Of a stretch of 64,000 nt of DNA, positions 53,124 to 64,000 are shown one piece after another. Position 1 is the stretch's first letter. Every line of letters starts with the position of its first letter. The position numbers and the translations under genes are program-made. This DNA comes from Octopus sinensis (Eukaryota): NCBI RefSeq assembly GCF_006345805.1, contig NC_043005.1:41416001-41480000 (forward strand). Direction: 5' to 3'. The notes under the pieces were generated by a model, which was given only the letters and a program-made list of their open reading frames with translations, was not told the origin of the DNA and searched no databases.

Positions 53124-54118
53124 CACGGTAACGACAATAGTGACTACACACATGCTGCTGGTGATTTCTTTTCCTTCTTTGGACTTTTCCCTTTCTCCTT
53201 TCTGATGAGGAGCAATTCTCAAAACATCAAATTCTCGAAGCATCAAGCTAATACATTCCTTGTGCATGTCCTCTTGTTGTCCACTAATTTTATTCATTTA
53301 TTTGAATTGACTATATATATATATATATATATGTATGTATCTATGTATCTATGTATCTATATATGTATATATGCATACATATATACATATGTGCATATGT
53401 GTGTGTGTGTGTCTATGTGTGTGTGTCTGTGTCTGTGTGCATCGAATAAAAGTACCTTTTTGAGGTGGACTTAGTCATTCAATAAACATGGACAATTAAA
53501 AAGTATCAGGTGAAATAGCGGAATCAATGCAATCAACTGAAACTCTGAAAATAGGGCTCCTAGTACTGCCACAATCCAAAGACCAAAACCATTAATGGAA
53601 TAGAAACATATGTTGGTATGTACCTGTGTATATACGTAATTTGTATGTATATATGCATATACATGTACAGACAAATTTGGATTCCTAATTCAAAGACTGA
53701 AAATTGCAAATGTTCACTTTCAGGACACGACTTAGTTGAGTGCGGGTGGAGTGCATGTAGGGTAGAGGTTGAGTGAGTATATATGTGTGACTGAGTGAGT
53801 GAGTGAGTGAGATGAAGAGAGAACACGTGTAAAACAAGAGTACAGAAAAAGAATGAGAGAAAAGAGAAAGGATGTGTAAGAAGAGAGAAGAGAGAGAGAG
53901 AGAGTGGATGGTGGTGGTAATTCAGAAAGACAAAACTGAAAGAACTAGAGAAGGAAATAAGAAAAAATATAAGATGAAAGAAAAAAAAATGAATATGAGA
54001 AATATTAATAACAATGAAAGAATTAAGAAAGGTTGAGTGAGATATGAAGAGAAAGACATTGATTAAGTGATTGCAAAGAGAGAGAGAGAGAGAGAGTGCA
54101 AATTAATATGATTCTCAC

Positions 54119-54182
54119 CTTTGATGGAGACAAGTGGAGGTGACACATTCGGGTCAACCCCAGATTTTGTAGGACTCTCCAT
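54119..54182 (-). CDS. DNAH5/DNAH8: Probable first coding segment: MESPTKSGVDPNVSPPLVSIK (exon 54119-54296 including 5' UTR)
   Basis: ATG in AACATGG Kozak context with in-frame upstream TAAs. AAG|gtgaga phase-1 donor matches the phase-1 acceptor at 34323. Acceptor ttttctattag at 54297. Confidence 0.6.
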
Positions 54183-54685
54183 GTTCTTTCTTTAATTTTC
54201 TTAAGTGTTAACCGCCTTTTCTGTATCAATGCACTCTGGTTCTTTAGTACAGTTTATTGTCTTGCTCTTTCTACACTTGTAAGAACTATCAAGATTCTAA
54301 TAGAAAATGCATTGTATGTCTCTTTAAGTGTATAAGTTCTGTATGTATCTAAGTGTGTGCGTATGTCTCTGAATGTGTGTGTGTGTGTGTGTTTGCATAT
54401 GGACATGAGTGCATGAATGAAGCAGATTTACTACTTAAAAATCTTACCTATATATGTGTACATAAATATGCGAGTATGGGTGGATTTGTGTTAGTGCAAA
54501 TGTAAATAATTTCATCTGCATGATTGCACGAGTGTGTGTGTCTATTTTATTCAGATATAAAACGTTTTTTCCTGTATACACGTATACTCACATGCGTGTT
54601 TGCAATTATAGTTATTTATGCGTGTTAATAATGTATGTATGTATGTATGTATGTATGTATGTATGTATGTATGTATGTATATATA

Positions 54686-54740
<55 letters not shown>

Positions 54741-54922
54741 CGATCACGCACCTGCGAGCGTATGTGAACACCTACTTGTACAATTATAGAAACTTCAACT
54801 TTGACTCCTTAGTGTTATGTATGTGTTTGTTTACCTGCGCGTGTATGCGTGACTGATGTAACAGTATGTATTGCGTGGGTTACACGTGTGCGTGTCTGCA
54901 TGTCAGCTTGTCTTCCCCTTAC

Positions 54923-55015
54923 ATTTTGGGAGCTTGAAGAAGAAGGGTCAGCTGTCTATCTGTCCAGCATACGGTACGGATACTGCTGGTCCAAATTTGT
55001 GTTAACTTGTAACGG
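54923..55015 (-). other. Candidate non-coding first exon of the dynein gene (upper boundary/TSS unknown), containing a 4-codon uORF MLDR*
   Basis: AAT|gtaagg donor at 54922; lies between the ATG exon and the X-box/forkhead motifs. Confidence 0.35.
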
Positions 55016-55019
55016 TGAT

Positions 55020-55026
55020 ATAAACA
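55020..55026 (+). promoter_or_regulatory. Forkhead (FOXJ1-type) motif ATAAACA
   Basis: RYAAAYA match 25 bp from the X-box. Short motif, common in AT-rich DNA. Confidence 0.35.
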
Positions 55027-55050
55027 CGTCCCGGTGGATTGGAAACTAAT

Positions 55051-55064
55051 GTCACCGTAGCAAC
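55051..55064. promoter_or_regulatory. RFX X-box GTCACC-GT-AGCAAC
   Basis: Exact match to GTNRCC(N0-3)RGYAAC at the predicted 5' end of a motile-cilia gene. Confidence 0.6.
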
Positions 55065-56483
55065 GGCTGGTGGGAAGAGTGGGAGTGATAAGTACTATTG
55101 TTGCTGTTGTTGATAATGACTATGATGCTAATAGACAGGTGTGAGGTGCGGCTACCACATCAATAACAGGAACAATGGAAATACTAACACTAGCAATCGA
55201 CGGCGGCTTATTAAAAATAGCAACTAAATCTTTCTCAAACTATTTTCTGTCGTCTTAAAAAAGTAGGAAAGACATTGTGTAATGTTGTCATAGATACACT
55301 ATAAAAGGTTGGAATATATTTGGTCATGAGTTTACTCGATTCAAGACAGACCTGTGTTTTAATCACAACCATTATCAAAATCAATAGCAACAAACACGAG
55401 GCAATGTGGTGGAGCTGCCTCGACGTGGTCGTTTGGCATGCTAGAAATAACAACCAAATTTCTCAGATTGCACCTAGTGTCATTTTGAAGGACGTACAGT
55501 GGGTGCTACAGAATCGGAATGTAGATAGCAATGAATTCTTAGTTTTTGGGAGTACACAGAAGAATGAAGTTAAACGTGGGTAGAAGTTTGAGATTTTTTT
55601 TTCAGTTCAACACTAGAGTTCATGAGTGTCGGAAGAGAGTCCCGATTGCATCCAACCGATCCGAGAAGGGAAGACGCATTGGATAATATAATCCTACACA
55701 GGGTTTTTGAGAGGGAGGGGTGAAGGGATACATTGAAGTGGGGCCATGTATTTGTTTATCTACTGAAGACTGATATTCACATTTTAAAGGAGGCTCTGAC
55801 AGAAACATTGGAAACATTGTAAGCCACCAACTTATCCTGATAAAAAAAAAAATCTTCTCAACAGGGCCCATAAAAAGACATCCGTTCTTGGTGTCAGAAA
55901 GCTAAGGAAGGGGTTATGGATACCTCAACCAGCCCTTTCTGAAAAGGAAAAAAACAAAACAAAACGAACACTTTCTTTTGAATTTTTAGAGATGCTCCCG
56001 ATGAGAGCCCAAAAGAAAACTTGTCCCGCCTTGTGAAGTTGCTTTGGAGAACCTGCATTTCAGCACACTCGTCCTGGACACGTTATCTCCAGAGCCCAGC
56101 AGCGCGACTACGTAGAATATGGTTTCTCAAATCGGGAAACGCAAGAGAAAGTGTGGTAGTACCTAAGGTTTGTAAAAACATCAGAATTTTTAAGTGACTA
56201 CAACGAACTAAAACGTTAACTCGAAACTCGTATGTCTAGAAAACGGATTGAAGAGACTTTTGCTGGTCTCATCCACTTATCGTTGTGAAGAATGTTTATA
56301 AATAAAATCGAATTTCGTGTAAGACTGTCAACTGAAAATGATATGCTGGCATCTCTATTATTGTGCCTATAATTGAGTTACTTACAAGAAAGTACCAAAC
56401 TAATTGTTCTCCTAATTCTTACATAAAAATGTAAGATTAAGTCAAAAAAGAGATTTCTCACATAGATACATAGCCAGAATGTG

Positions 56484-56832
56484 AAGGCACACGATTCTGT
56501 GGTTAGAGCGTCGGACTCACAATCATGCGGTAGTGAGTTCGAATCCTAGATCGGGCTGTGTGTTGTGTTCTTGAGCAAAACACTTTATTGCACGTTGTCC
56601 CAGTACATTCAACTATAGAAACGAGTTGCGACGTCACTGGTACCAGGCTGTATCAGCCTTTGCCTTTCCCTTGGATAACATCAGCGGAGTGGAGAGAGGA
56701 GGCTGGTATGCATGGACGACTGCTGGTCCTCCATAGACAACCATTCCCGGACTTGTGCCTCGGAGGGTAGCTTTCTAGGTGCAATCCCATTGTCATTTAT
56801 GAACGAAAGAGGTCTTTACTCTTTACCCTTTA
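56484..56832 (+). mobile_element. tRNA-derived SINE with CORE-like domain
   Basis: gtggttagagcg A box, gttcgaatcc B box, tgttgtgttcttgagcaaaacacttt core, (ctttac)n tail. Confidence 0.8.
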
Positions 56833-57452
56833 TATGACCAGAATATTTGGAGGAGAGAATGATCGAGTCATCAACACATAACTGATATTTCATTTGTTTT
56901 TTACTCCGAATTTGAATGTTTTAAATAAAATCTGTTATATTCTTCAATGGGTTTAAATGCAAGGGTTGCATACAGAAGCTTCAATGAAACTCGTTTTCGT
57001 CCTTGGTCTCGTTTCAAAATGGATCGCACTGACAGTTCCAGGTAACTTTTATACTTTGTCGCCTCTCCCTTGTCGCTTGAGTAGTGGGGAAATGAAGATA
57101 TATTTCGTTGGCTGCGTGTAGAATAACTGAAACAAAGCAGCGAACATTTAACTGAAATATTTATTGCCAGCCATAAAGATATTGGAGTTGGCTATTCACA
57201 ATGAAAAACAACTGGGAGAGATAGATAAACCGCACCGCATCCGTAGAAGTTTCCCTTATGAGACATAGTACGAATGTCCAGAATGAGTCTGTTCAAAATC
57301 TTAGAGCTGTCTGTACAAATGTCTGGAACCTTTAGCGTAGCAAGAGTGGATGCGCATGTCACTCAGACGCTTTCTACACTGTTATTTATTGAGTGGCAAA
57401 ACAATCATTCATAGGAGACAAAAACATTCGCGAAAACCATATCACGCCACAT

Positions 57453-57489
57453 CCTCATGCTGATTTGTCATAGACAAATCAGCATGAGG
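57453..57489. repeat. Perfect 17-bp hairpin with 3-nt loop
   Basis: cctcatgctgatttgtc-ata-gacaaatcagcatgagg. Confidence 0.95.
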
Positions 57490-57852
57490 GACCGAGTACG
57501 TGAAACTGTGGTGGTTCGCTCGTGGTGTCTAACCGGTTATCTAGTGGTAGAGGATTCGAATCACAGCTACAGCCTTTTTCTGCTAGAGAGCTGCATAGAT
57601 AGCCAGACAGCCAACATTAGAATTATTTACCCGTTTCCATGCTCTTATCGGTGCAACAATTTAAAATCAATAACAAACCACACATCTCTTGTCTGTATTC
57701 TATGGAATCCAATTATTTTATACTATATTCCTTGCGCTGGGTACGACAATGCCACTAGATATGATGATTTGTTACGCCGGAACAGAAAATTTGAGGACGC
57801 CTGTCAAGAGCATTGAGTGTGGAATGGCTAAATATTCTTAGTTTAAATCTAT

Positions 57853-57971
57853 GACTGTAAGCCAGAGACCAGAATCAAATACTGGGAGGGGATTTTCTCT
57901 TAGTAATTAGACTTTAATTACTAAGAGAAAATCCCCTTCCAGTATTTGATTCTGGTCTCTGGCTTACAGTC
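57853..57971. repeat. 57-bp-arm hairpin with 5-nt loop
   Basis: gactgtaagcc...tagtaatta-gactt-taattacta...ggcttacagtc; a single G.U on the plus strand. Confidence 0.95.
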
Positions 57972-58203
57972 CCGGGATTTGGGAATTTTCCTATTGGCCC
58001 TAGTTCGCTGATTCCTCACTTTTGTTAGGATCTGTACACCTACTTAATTTCGTGTACATTTAATAGCATTAGATTTATATATTCCTTCCTTCAAATTAAT
58101 CACTAACACCTTAATTCACTGCATCTCCGATATAACTCTTTACCATGATGCAATTATACTAAATAAACATTTACATAAACAAGAAACATATATATATTAT
58201 ATA

Positions 58204-58258
<55 letters not shown>

Positions 58259-58267
<9 letters not shown>

Positions 58268-58571
58268 AAGAGGATTTGAAAATGCAGAGGTCTTTTAAAG
58301 ATGTTTATTGACTTGACTGGTTTCATTTTTCAAAAGATTTTCGAAAGTAAACTGTTAAAACACAAAGCCTCTCTTAACATTTTCTTATCATTGTCAAAGA
58401 CTCTATCACTGTATTTTAATACATCTATGTTAACTAATTTTTAACACCACAAAGGCTACACAAAGCCTTGCACTTCGCTTTTAAAAATCTGTTTTAGAAA
58501 AAAGTGAAACCGGTCAAGTCAATAAGCATATTTAAAAGACCTCTGCATTTTCAAATCTTCTTCCCTATATA
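58259..58571. mobile_element. MITE-like element with ~70-bp terminal inverted repeats next to a (TA)n tract
   Basis: aaggaagaggatttgaaaatgcagaggtcttttaaa... is inverted at 58497-58571 with few mismatches. Confidence 0.75.
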
Positions 58572-58627
58572 TTTTCACTCGTGCAGTACCTTCCAATTTT
58601 ACTTTGTTCTCATTCTTTTGTTGTTAC

Positions 58628-58681
<54 letters not shown>

Positions 58682-58715
58682 ATATATATATATATAATAT
58701 ATATATATATATATT

Positions 58716-58749
<34 letters not shown>

Positions 58750-58836
58750 ATATATTAGAGACAAAACCACTATTTTAAAACCAAACAAGGAAAGACTTAA
58801 TCAATACATAAAATTTTAATATAAATTAATAAACCG

Positions 58837-58879
58837 CCACTACAAATGTTTCATGTCTGCTCCGACAATCTTCAGGTGG
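58837..58879 (-). ncRNA. Mirror copy of the hammerhead-like motif
   Basis: Exact reverse complement of 58934-58976 within the palindrome. Confidence 0.6.
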
Positions 58880-58933
58880 ATTTTCGATCTTATAATCAGT
58901 ATCAAATTTGATACTGATTATAAGATCGAAAAT

Positions 58934-58976
58934 CCACCTGAAGATTGTCGGAGCAGACATGAAACATTTGTAGTGG
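58934..58976 (+). ncRNA. Minimal type-I hammerhead ribozyme-like motif, predicted GUA cleavage after 58972
   Basis: CCAC-CUGAAGA-U-UGUC(GGAGCA)GACA-U-GAAA-CA(UU)UG-UA-GUGG. Stems I, II and III form; the stem II closing pair is U.U. Confidence 0.6.
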
Positions 58977-59139
58977 CGGTTTATTTAATTTATATTAAAA
59001 TTTTATGTATTGATTAAGTCTTTCCTTGTTTGGTTTTAAAATAGTGGTTTTGTCTCTAATTATATTATATAATATTTTACTATAAATTGGATTTAACCCT
59101 AAATCTGATTTTTCCCTGTAATTTTGGATTCATTCCCTA

Positions 59140-59470
<331 letters not shown>

Positions 59471-60505
59471 CTGCCAGATAAAATGGAATGCAATTTCCCT
59501 GGTTAAAACATTTAATCCTTCTGCCGTTTTTTTTTTCTGCTTTCGTTTTTGTAATGTCTTTCATTCGTTGTACATCTTGTAAATAAAGTAATTATTATTA
59601 TTATTCGAGCAATCAGAGTCGTTAGCGTATTACAAAAAAATGAATTTATTTCATGTCTTTACATTCCGAGTTCAAATCTTTGCTGTTCATTCTTTCCAGG
59701 TAGACTAAATAAAGAACAAGTCAAGTAGTGACAGTTGATATAATCAACTACCCCAACACCAACTCGAGCCTGTTGGCGTTGTCTAAACTGGAAACAACTG
59801 TAACTATTAATTACTATAGCAACGATTTAAGCCGGTGAGCTGGGAAACATTCCGTACCGGGCAAAATTGTTTTGAGGCATTTCGACCGCCTATGCATTCT
59901 GAGATTAAATTCTGCCGAGATCGACTTTGTCATCCTTTCGGGGACGATAAAATAAGTACCAGTTGAACACCAGTGTTGTATAATCAACTTAACCCTTCTC
60001 CCGAAATTGTTAGCCTTGGACCAAAATTTGAAACCATTTTTGCTTTTTTTTTTACTGTAGAAAGAAGGAGAGGATTTTCCCCATTTAACCCAAATCTATA
60101 AAATCTGTAGAACGCAGAGGGACTGTATACTTAATTATTTGAATCGAAGATAAGTATATTACTCGTATTGATTTTATCGAACCAGGTTGGAATCGAATTC
60201 TGAACATTAACAAACGGAACTAAATACAGAGAAAGAAGCATTTAGCTCAGCGCTCTTCCTCCAACGTGAACAGTAAGAGTAATAAAAATAATTCTTTCAA
60301 AATTTGGCACAAGGCCAGTAATTTTGGGGAAATGGGCTAGTAGATTACATCGATACTCAGTACATGACTGTTATTTATTTTATGACCATGAAAGGTTGAA
60401 AGCTAGAGTTGACCTCGGCAGTATTTGAACTCCGAACGTATAAAGAGCTGGAAGAAATGCTGCTAAGCATTTTGTCCACGTTAACGATTTTGCGAGCTCA
60501 CCTTC

Positions 60506-62979
60506 TGAGGAAGGCTGAAGGGAGACGTCAGGACTGGAAGCGAAGTGGGGTGAGTGAAGTGAGGGATACGAGCTACTCCTATTTTCGTCGGGCATCCGTT
60601 GCGAACCGTGGTGTGAAACGAGTTTTGGGGGATGGTAGATTCTGGCCAGAGGTTGAGTAGCGAGGCCATTTAGGCTTGTATAGCAAGTTTTACCGATCTT
60701 GGTAGAGAGTGGTTCTTCCTGTTTGAAGTTCGTCTCAAGGTAAGAGCGTTTTATTTCACCGTCTCTTCTAGAAGCTATTTCGGCATGTTGTTTATTTGTT
60801 ATGATTTCACCCTTTTTTTCCTGCCGACACTCAACATGGTCACGAGGATTAGAATCAGTAGCAATGTTTTGAGATTGTTTTTTGGGGAAGGTGACGTTGT
60901 GACCTGGATAAAAAAAGTGAGGTTCGTTGTGAAGCTGCAGTGCATACAAGACGTGATCAGTGTTACGCCGCTGTACTTAGAAGGAAGTGCTCTGAATTTG
61001 TATTTAGGGTTGGATGGAGCGAACCAGCTATAAGTCGAAAAGATCGAAGAGTGACTGAAGGATGCGTATACAGAAGATACTTTTAAGGTATACAACAAGC
61101 TGGGTAGAGTGAGATGGAAAGGAGAGCAGGTGGACAACTACGTGAGTGAGATAATGAGACAAACTTGGGTAGCAGGGTTTACTGGTGGATTATTGGAGAA
61201 AATTGTGAAGCTGTCTTTCGTGACTGCATTCCCCGATCATATCTCTGTGAGGTTGCAACTGTTGGGCATTGACACAATGTCGGTGGTCGATTTGCTAGAG
61301 AGGACACAGGTGTTGATGCAATAACGACACCGGTGATGTCACGGAAATGGCCATGATAGATAGAGACTAGTAGGACAGAGGTTGGTGGCGAGTAATGAGA
61401 ACTGGAGATGAGCAGGTGAGCCGACACGGCCATTCAAAGGGCTATGTTTCAGGAGTCGGGATTCTCTCATGCTCAGAGATTGCAAGGAGCCCAAATCTGT
61501 AGTGATATGCTCTGCCACTGGGACTTGCCTGAGCACATAACGATCTATTGCAAACAAAGAAACGGAGGAAAAGAAGCTGCTGCGCCGGTAGCTGCCCTGA
61601 CAACCGATTAGAACTGCACCTACGTTCATTGCCTTTGATAAAGGTTCTGGTGGGCGCAAGGGAAGCGCGGGCCTTTGTTGATACGGGCTGCTCAACAACC
61701 CTGGAAAAAAACAGTGAAAACGGTTGAGAGCTGGAGCAAAAACACAGCCTGAGTGATGTGTATTGTATAGAGATTAGGTGTAGAGGCATCAGTGTGGTGG
61801 AGTTGATAGTACAGACGATTGTTGCGGATGAAATTGAGGATGGTGTCGATGTGATTGTAGTGATGGATGTGATTGTCCGGTTGGGTGGCGTGATGGTTGA
61901 CAAGATGAAAGTAGAATTTGGGGATCGGTGTTCCGTGTGCTGTGAGAATGTAGCGGAGGAAGAATGGTGTAAGATCGATCAGTCGAGCTCAGAGAGAAGG
62001 AAAACTTGCAACTAATATCGAAGATGATGATTTCCGGGTTGAGTTTGATGGCAAACGATGGACAGTGGAATACTTCTGGAAGGAAGAAGCCCCCCCCCCG
62101 CCACCACCACCATGTTGAGAAACAGGGCGAGCTGCTATGAGCATACTTTGAAAGAAGATACTATGAACGAGCTCGAAAGAGAGGTGGTAAGATGGACAGA
62201 GGATTAAAATATTAAAATACTGGGAAAGAAGAAGTGAAGAGTAGAGTGCTACCAATGATGGATGTAGTCCAGCCGACAGATTATAAATCCGACCAGAGGC
62301 AAATTTTTGGTAGTTGAATGAGCCCGTGTCATGCGATATGGACGTTGAAATAGCGGATGGCTCTGGGGAAGCTTTGCGCGAATGGAGATAGATGATAGGA
62401 GCGACTATGGTTGTCGATCTCAAGTTTACATGTCTGTTGCTCCACGTTGGTGAGAAATTATGGAAGGATCAATGGTGAGGTGCAAAGACAGAACAAACTA
62501 TCAGGCTCGGCTGAGATTCGATTTGAATTCAAGACCAAACAATCACGGGGAAGGTTCTCAAGACGACCTTGGGGAAGATGGCCAAGGTGGAAAAGGTATT
62601 AGTTTCTACATAGATGACAGTCTGGTAGATGAGAGTGGGTTGTCATCAGAAGAAACTGCGGGTTACCTAAGAAGGTTCAGATTGGTCGCGGGACAACCAG
62701 AGGCTATTGAAGGAGGCATAGCGCTTGGGGCTCAAGCCTAAAAGAGATCAGGTGGGCAGGCTTGTGTTTTGGGGAGAAAATAAGATTCCACACCTGAACA
62801 AGGACATGGATAGGCGAGAACTGTTCTTAATATGTGGGAAAAAGGTAGGATTAAGAGGTAAGCTGAAAGAGTGAGCTGGAAAGACAAAGCGAGGGAGAAT
62901 ACAGCTGCCATGATGCAAGACATTCTGAAGAGAGTGAGAGCGGAGAACTCGGCGAAGGGCAGTTGGTATGTACACACAC

Positions 62980-63032
<53 letters not shown>

Positions 63033-63480
63033 CACACACACAAAGGGGATTGTATGGTGTGATGTGAGTAGCATAACGATAAGGAGTCGTTCTGGAAATG
63101 GGAGGTGTTGAGGAGGAGGATGCAGCATAGTTCAGGAAGAAGGATAACTACAGCCACATTAGTGTGGTTGAACTGGATGTGTTGAGGGATGTGAACTTGG
63201 CGTTGAGATGAGGACTGCGTGCTGTCGTGATTCAATGTGCCTCTTATGGGAGTGGACTGGACCCGGTTTTGGGCCCGGAAAGTTGAAAGCCATGACAGGA
63301 GGTGAATCTCCCTCATTAGCGCACAGTTTTTCACCGTTTGTCGCCCAGAGTGGGACAAGCTAAAGAGTTGGTTCCACGAAGAGCTATGTTCAAGTACGAG
63401 TGGAGACACTCGAGCATTGTACCGCAGAATTTCGAAGATGAGGAAGGGTCTGCATCCATTCAGACAGAATATTTTGCCAT
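60506..63480 (+). mobile_element. Decayed Ty3/Gypsy LTR retrotransposon (probable 5' LTR/leader, gag, protease, RT, partial downstream pol)
   Basis: gag-like DVVTWIKKVRFVVKLQ..PLYLEGSAL from ATG 60836; degenerate zinc knuckle ~61445; protease ARAFVDTGCSTT at ~61680; RT FYIDD at 62607-62618. Many stops and frameshifts; (CA)n at ~62970-63040. Confidence 0.85.
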
Positions 63481-64000
63481 AGCACTCTCTGAGAGAATGC
63501 ATTTCCCGCCAGTGAAATACGTTTTTTTTTTAAATTTCAGAACATTTCCTTCCTTAGTAGTAGAGGTGGTGGGGAGAGACTTTTGTCAAAAAATATTGGT
63601 TTCAAAATTTCACACAATGCTAGCAATTTAGGGGAGGGGTAAGTCGATTACATCGACCCCAATGTTCAACTAGTACTTATTTAATCGGCCTGAGGGGATA
63701 AAAGACAAAGTCGACGTCGGCGGAATTTGAACTCAGAACGTAAAGACGGACGAAATGCCGCTAAGCATTTTGTCTGTCATACTAACGATTCTGCCGGCTT
63801 TCCGCCTTCTTGTCAAGAAATAGTAACAGCCTAAAGTGAAAGGTAGCTTTTTAGTGTGGAATTATAAATGCTTAAAACGTGCAATATTATATAATAGCGA
63901 AAAATATTGAAGAAAAATAATCGTGACAGCTATACCGAAACACGAGCGGGGTAGGTGGTTAAGAAGTTTGAGAAACATGAATTGAAAAATAATTTTTTAA

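Larger units (their letters stand above)
58754..59060. repeat. 307-bp loopless palindrome (153/154-bp arms, one indel), probably Penelope-derived, between (TA)n tracts
   Basis: Arms compared base by base; centre atcaaa|tttgat at 58906/58907. Confidence 0.95.

Noticed and set aside
54923-54970. uORF ATG-CTG-GAC-AGA-TAG in frame with the main ORF; idea that UAG-to-UIG editing creates a longer N-terminus
   Set aside because: After splicing to 54296 the same frame meets two TAA stops before the ATG at 54182, so editing the TAG would not extend the protein.
59810-59823. Second X-box-like motif ATTACTATAGCAAC
   Set aside because: Imperfect left half-site, wedged between SINE B remnants, and 4.8 kb from the predicted TSS.
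60409-60660. ORF ending RFWPEVE resembling an integrase zinc-finger region
   Set aside because: It lies upstream of gag and starts within a SINE; more simply read as LTR/leader sequence.

Overview
AT-rich, microsatellite- and SINE-dense eukaryotic DNA. The repeat families and composition point to an octopus-type coleoid cephalopod (inference, no database check). The minus strand carries the 5' part of an axonemal outer-arm dynein heavy chain gene (DNAH5/DNAH8 family). I assembled 11 short GT-AG coding exons by hand, from a probable ATG at 54182 down to 157. They give one open frame (MESPTKSGVD...LDRRHQVLF...IGPTAELIHWKNRMSKFN...[23 protein letters not shown]...) that continues past the left edge. 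The six-frame ORF track misses most of these exons. A candidate promoter (RFX X-box plus forkhead motif) lies at about 55.0 kb, where the sequence changes from CpG-poor to CpG-richer. Introns and upstream DNA contain tRNA-derived SINEs, RTE fragments, Helitrons, MITEs, a Tc1 transposon, a Penelope fragment, a 5'-truncated R4/Dong LINE and a decayed Gypsy element. The most notable unexplained signal is a recurring set of minimal type-I hammerhead-ribozyme-like motifs in at least four different sequence contexts. These include a near-perfect 307-bp palindrome carrying one motif on each strand, and a fold-back element whose (TAA)n arm was targeted by the R4/Dong LINE. All folds were read by eye and activity is untested. 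Coordinates of decayed repeats are approximate.
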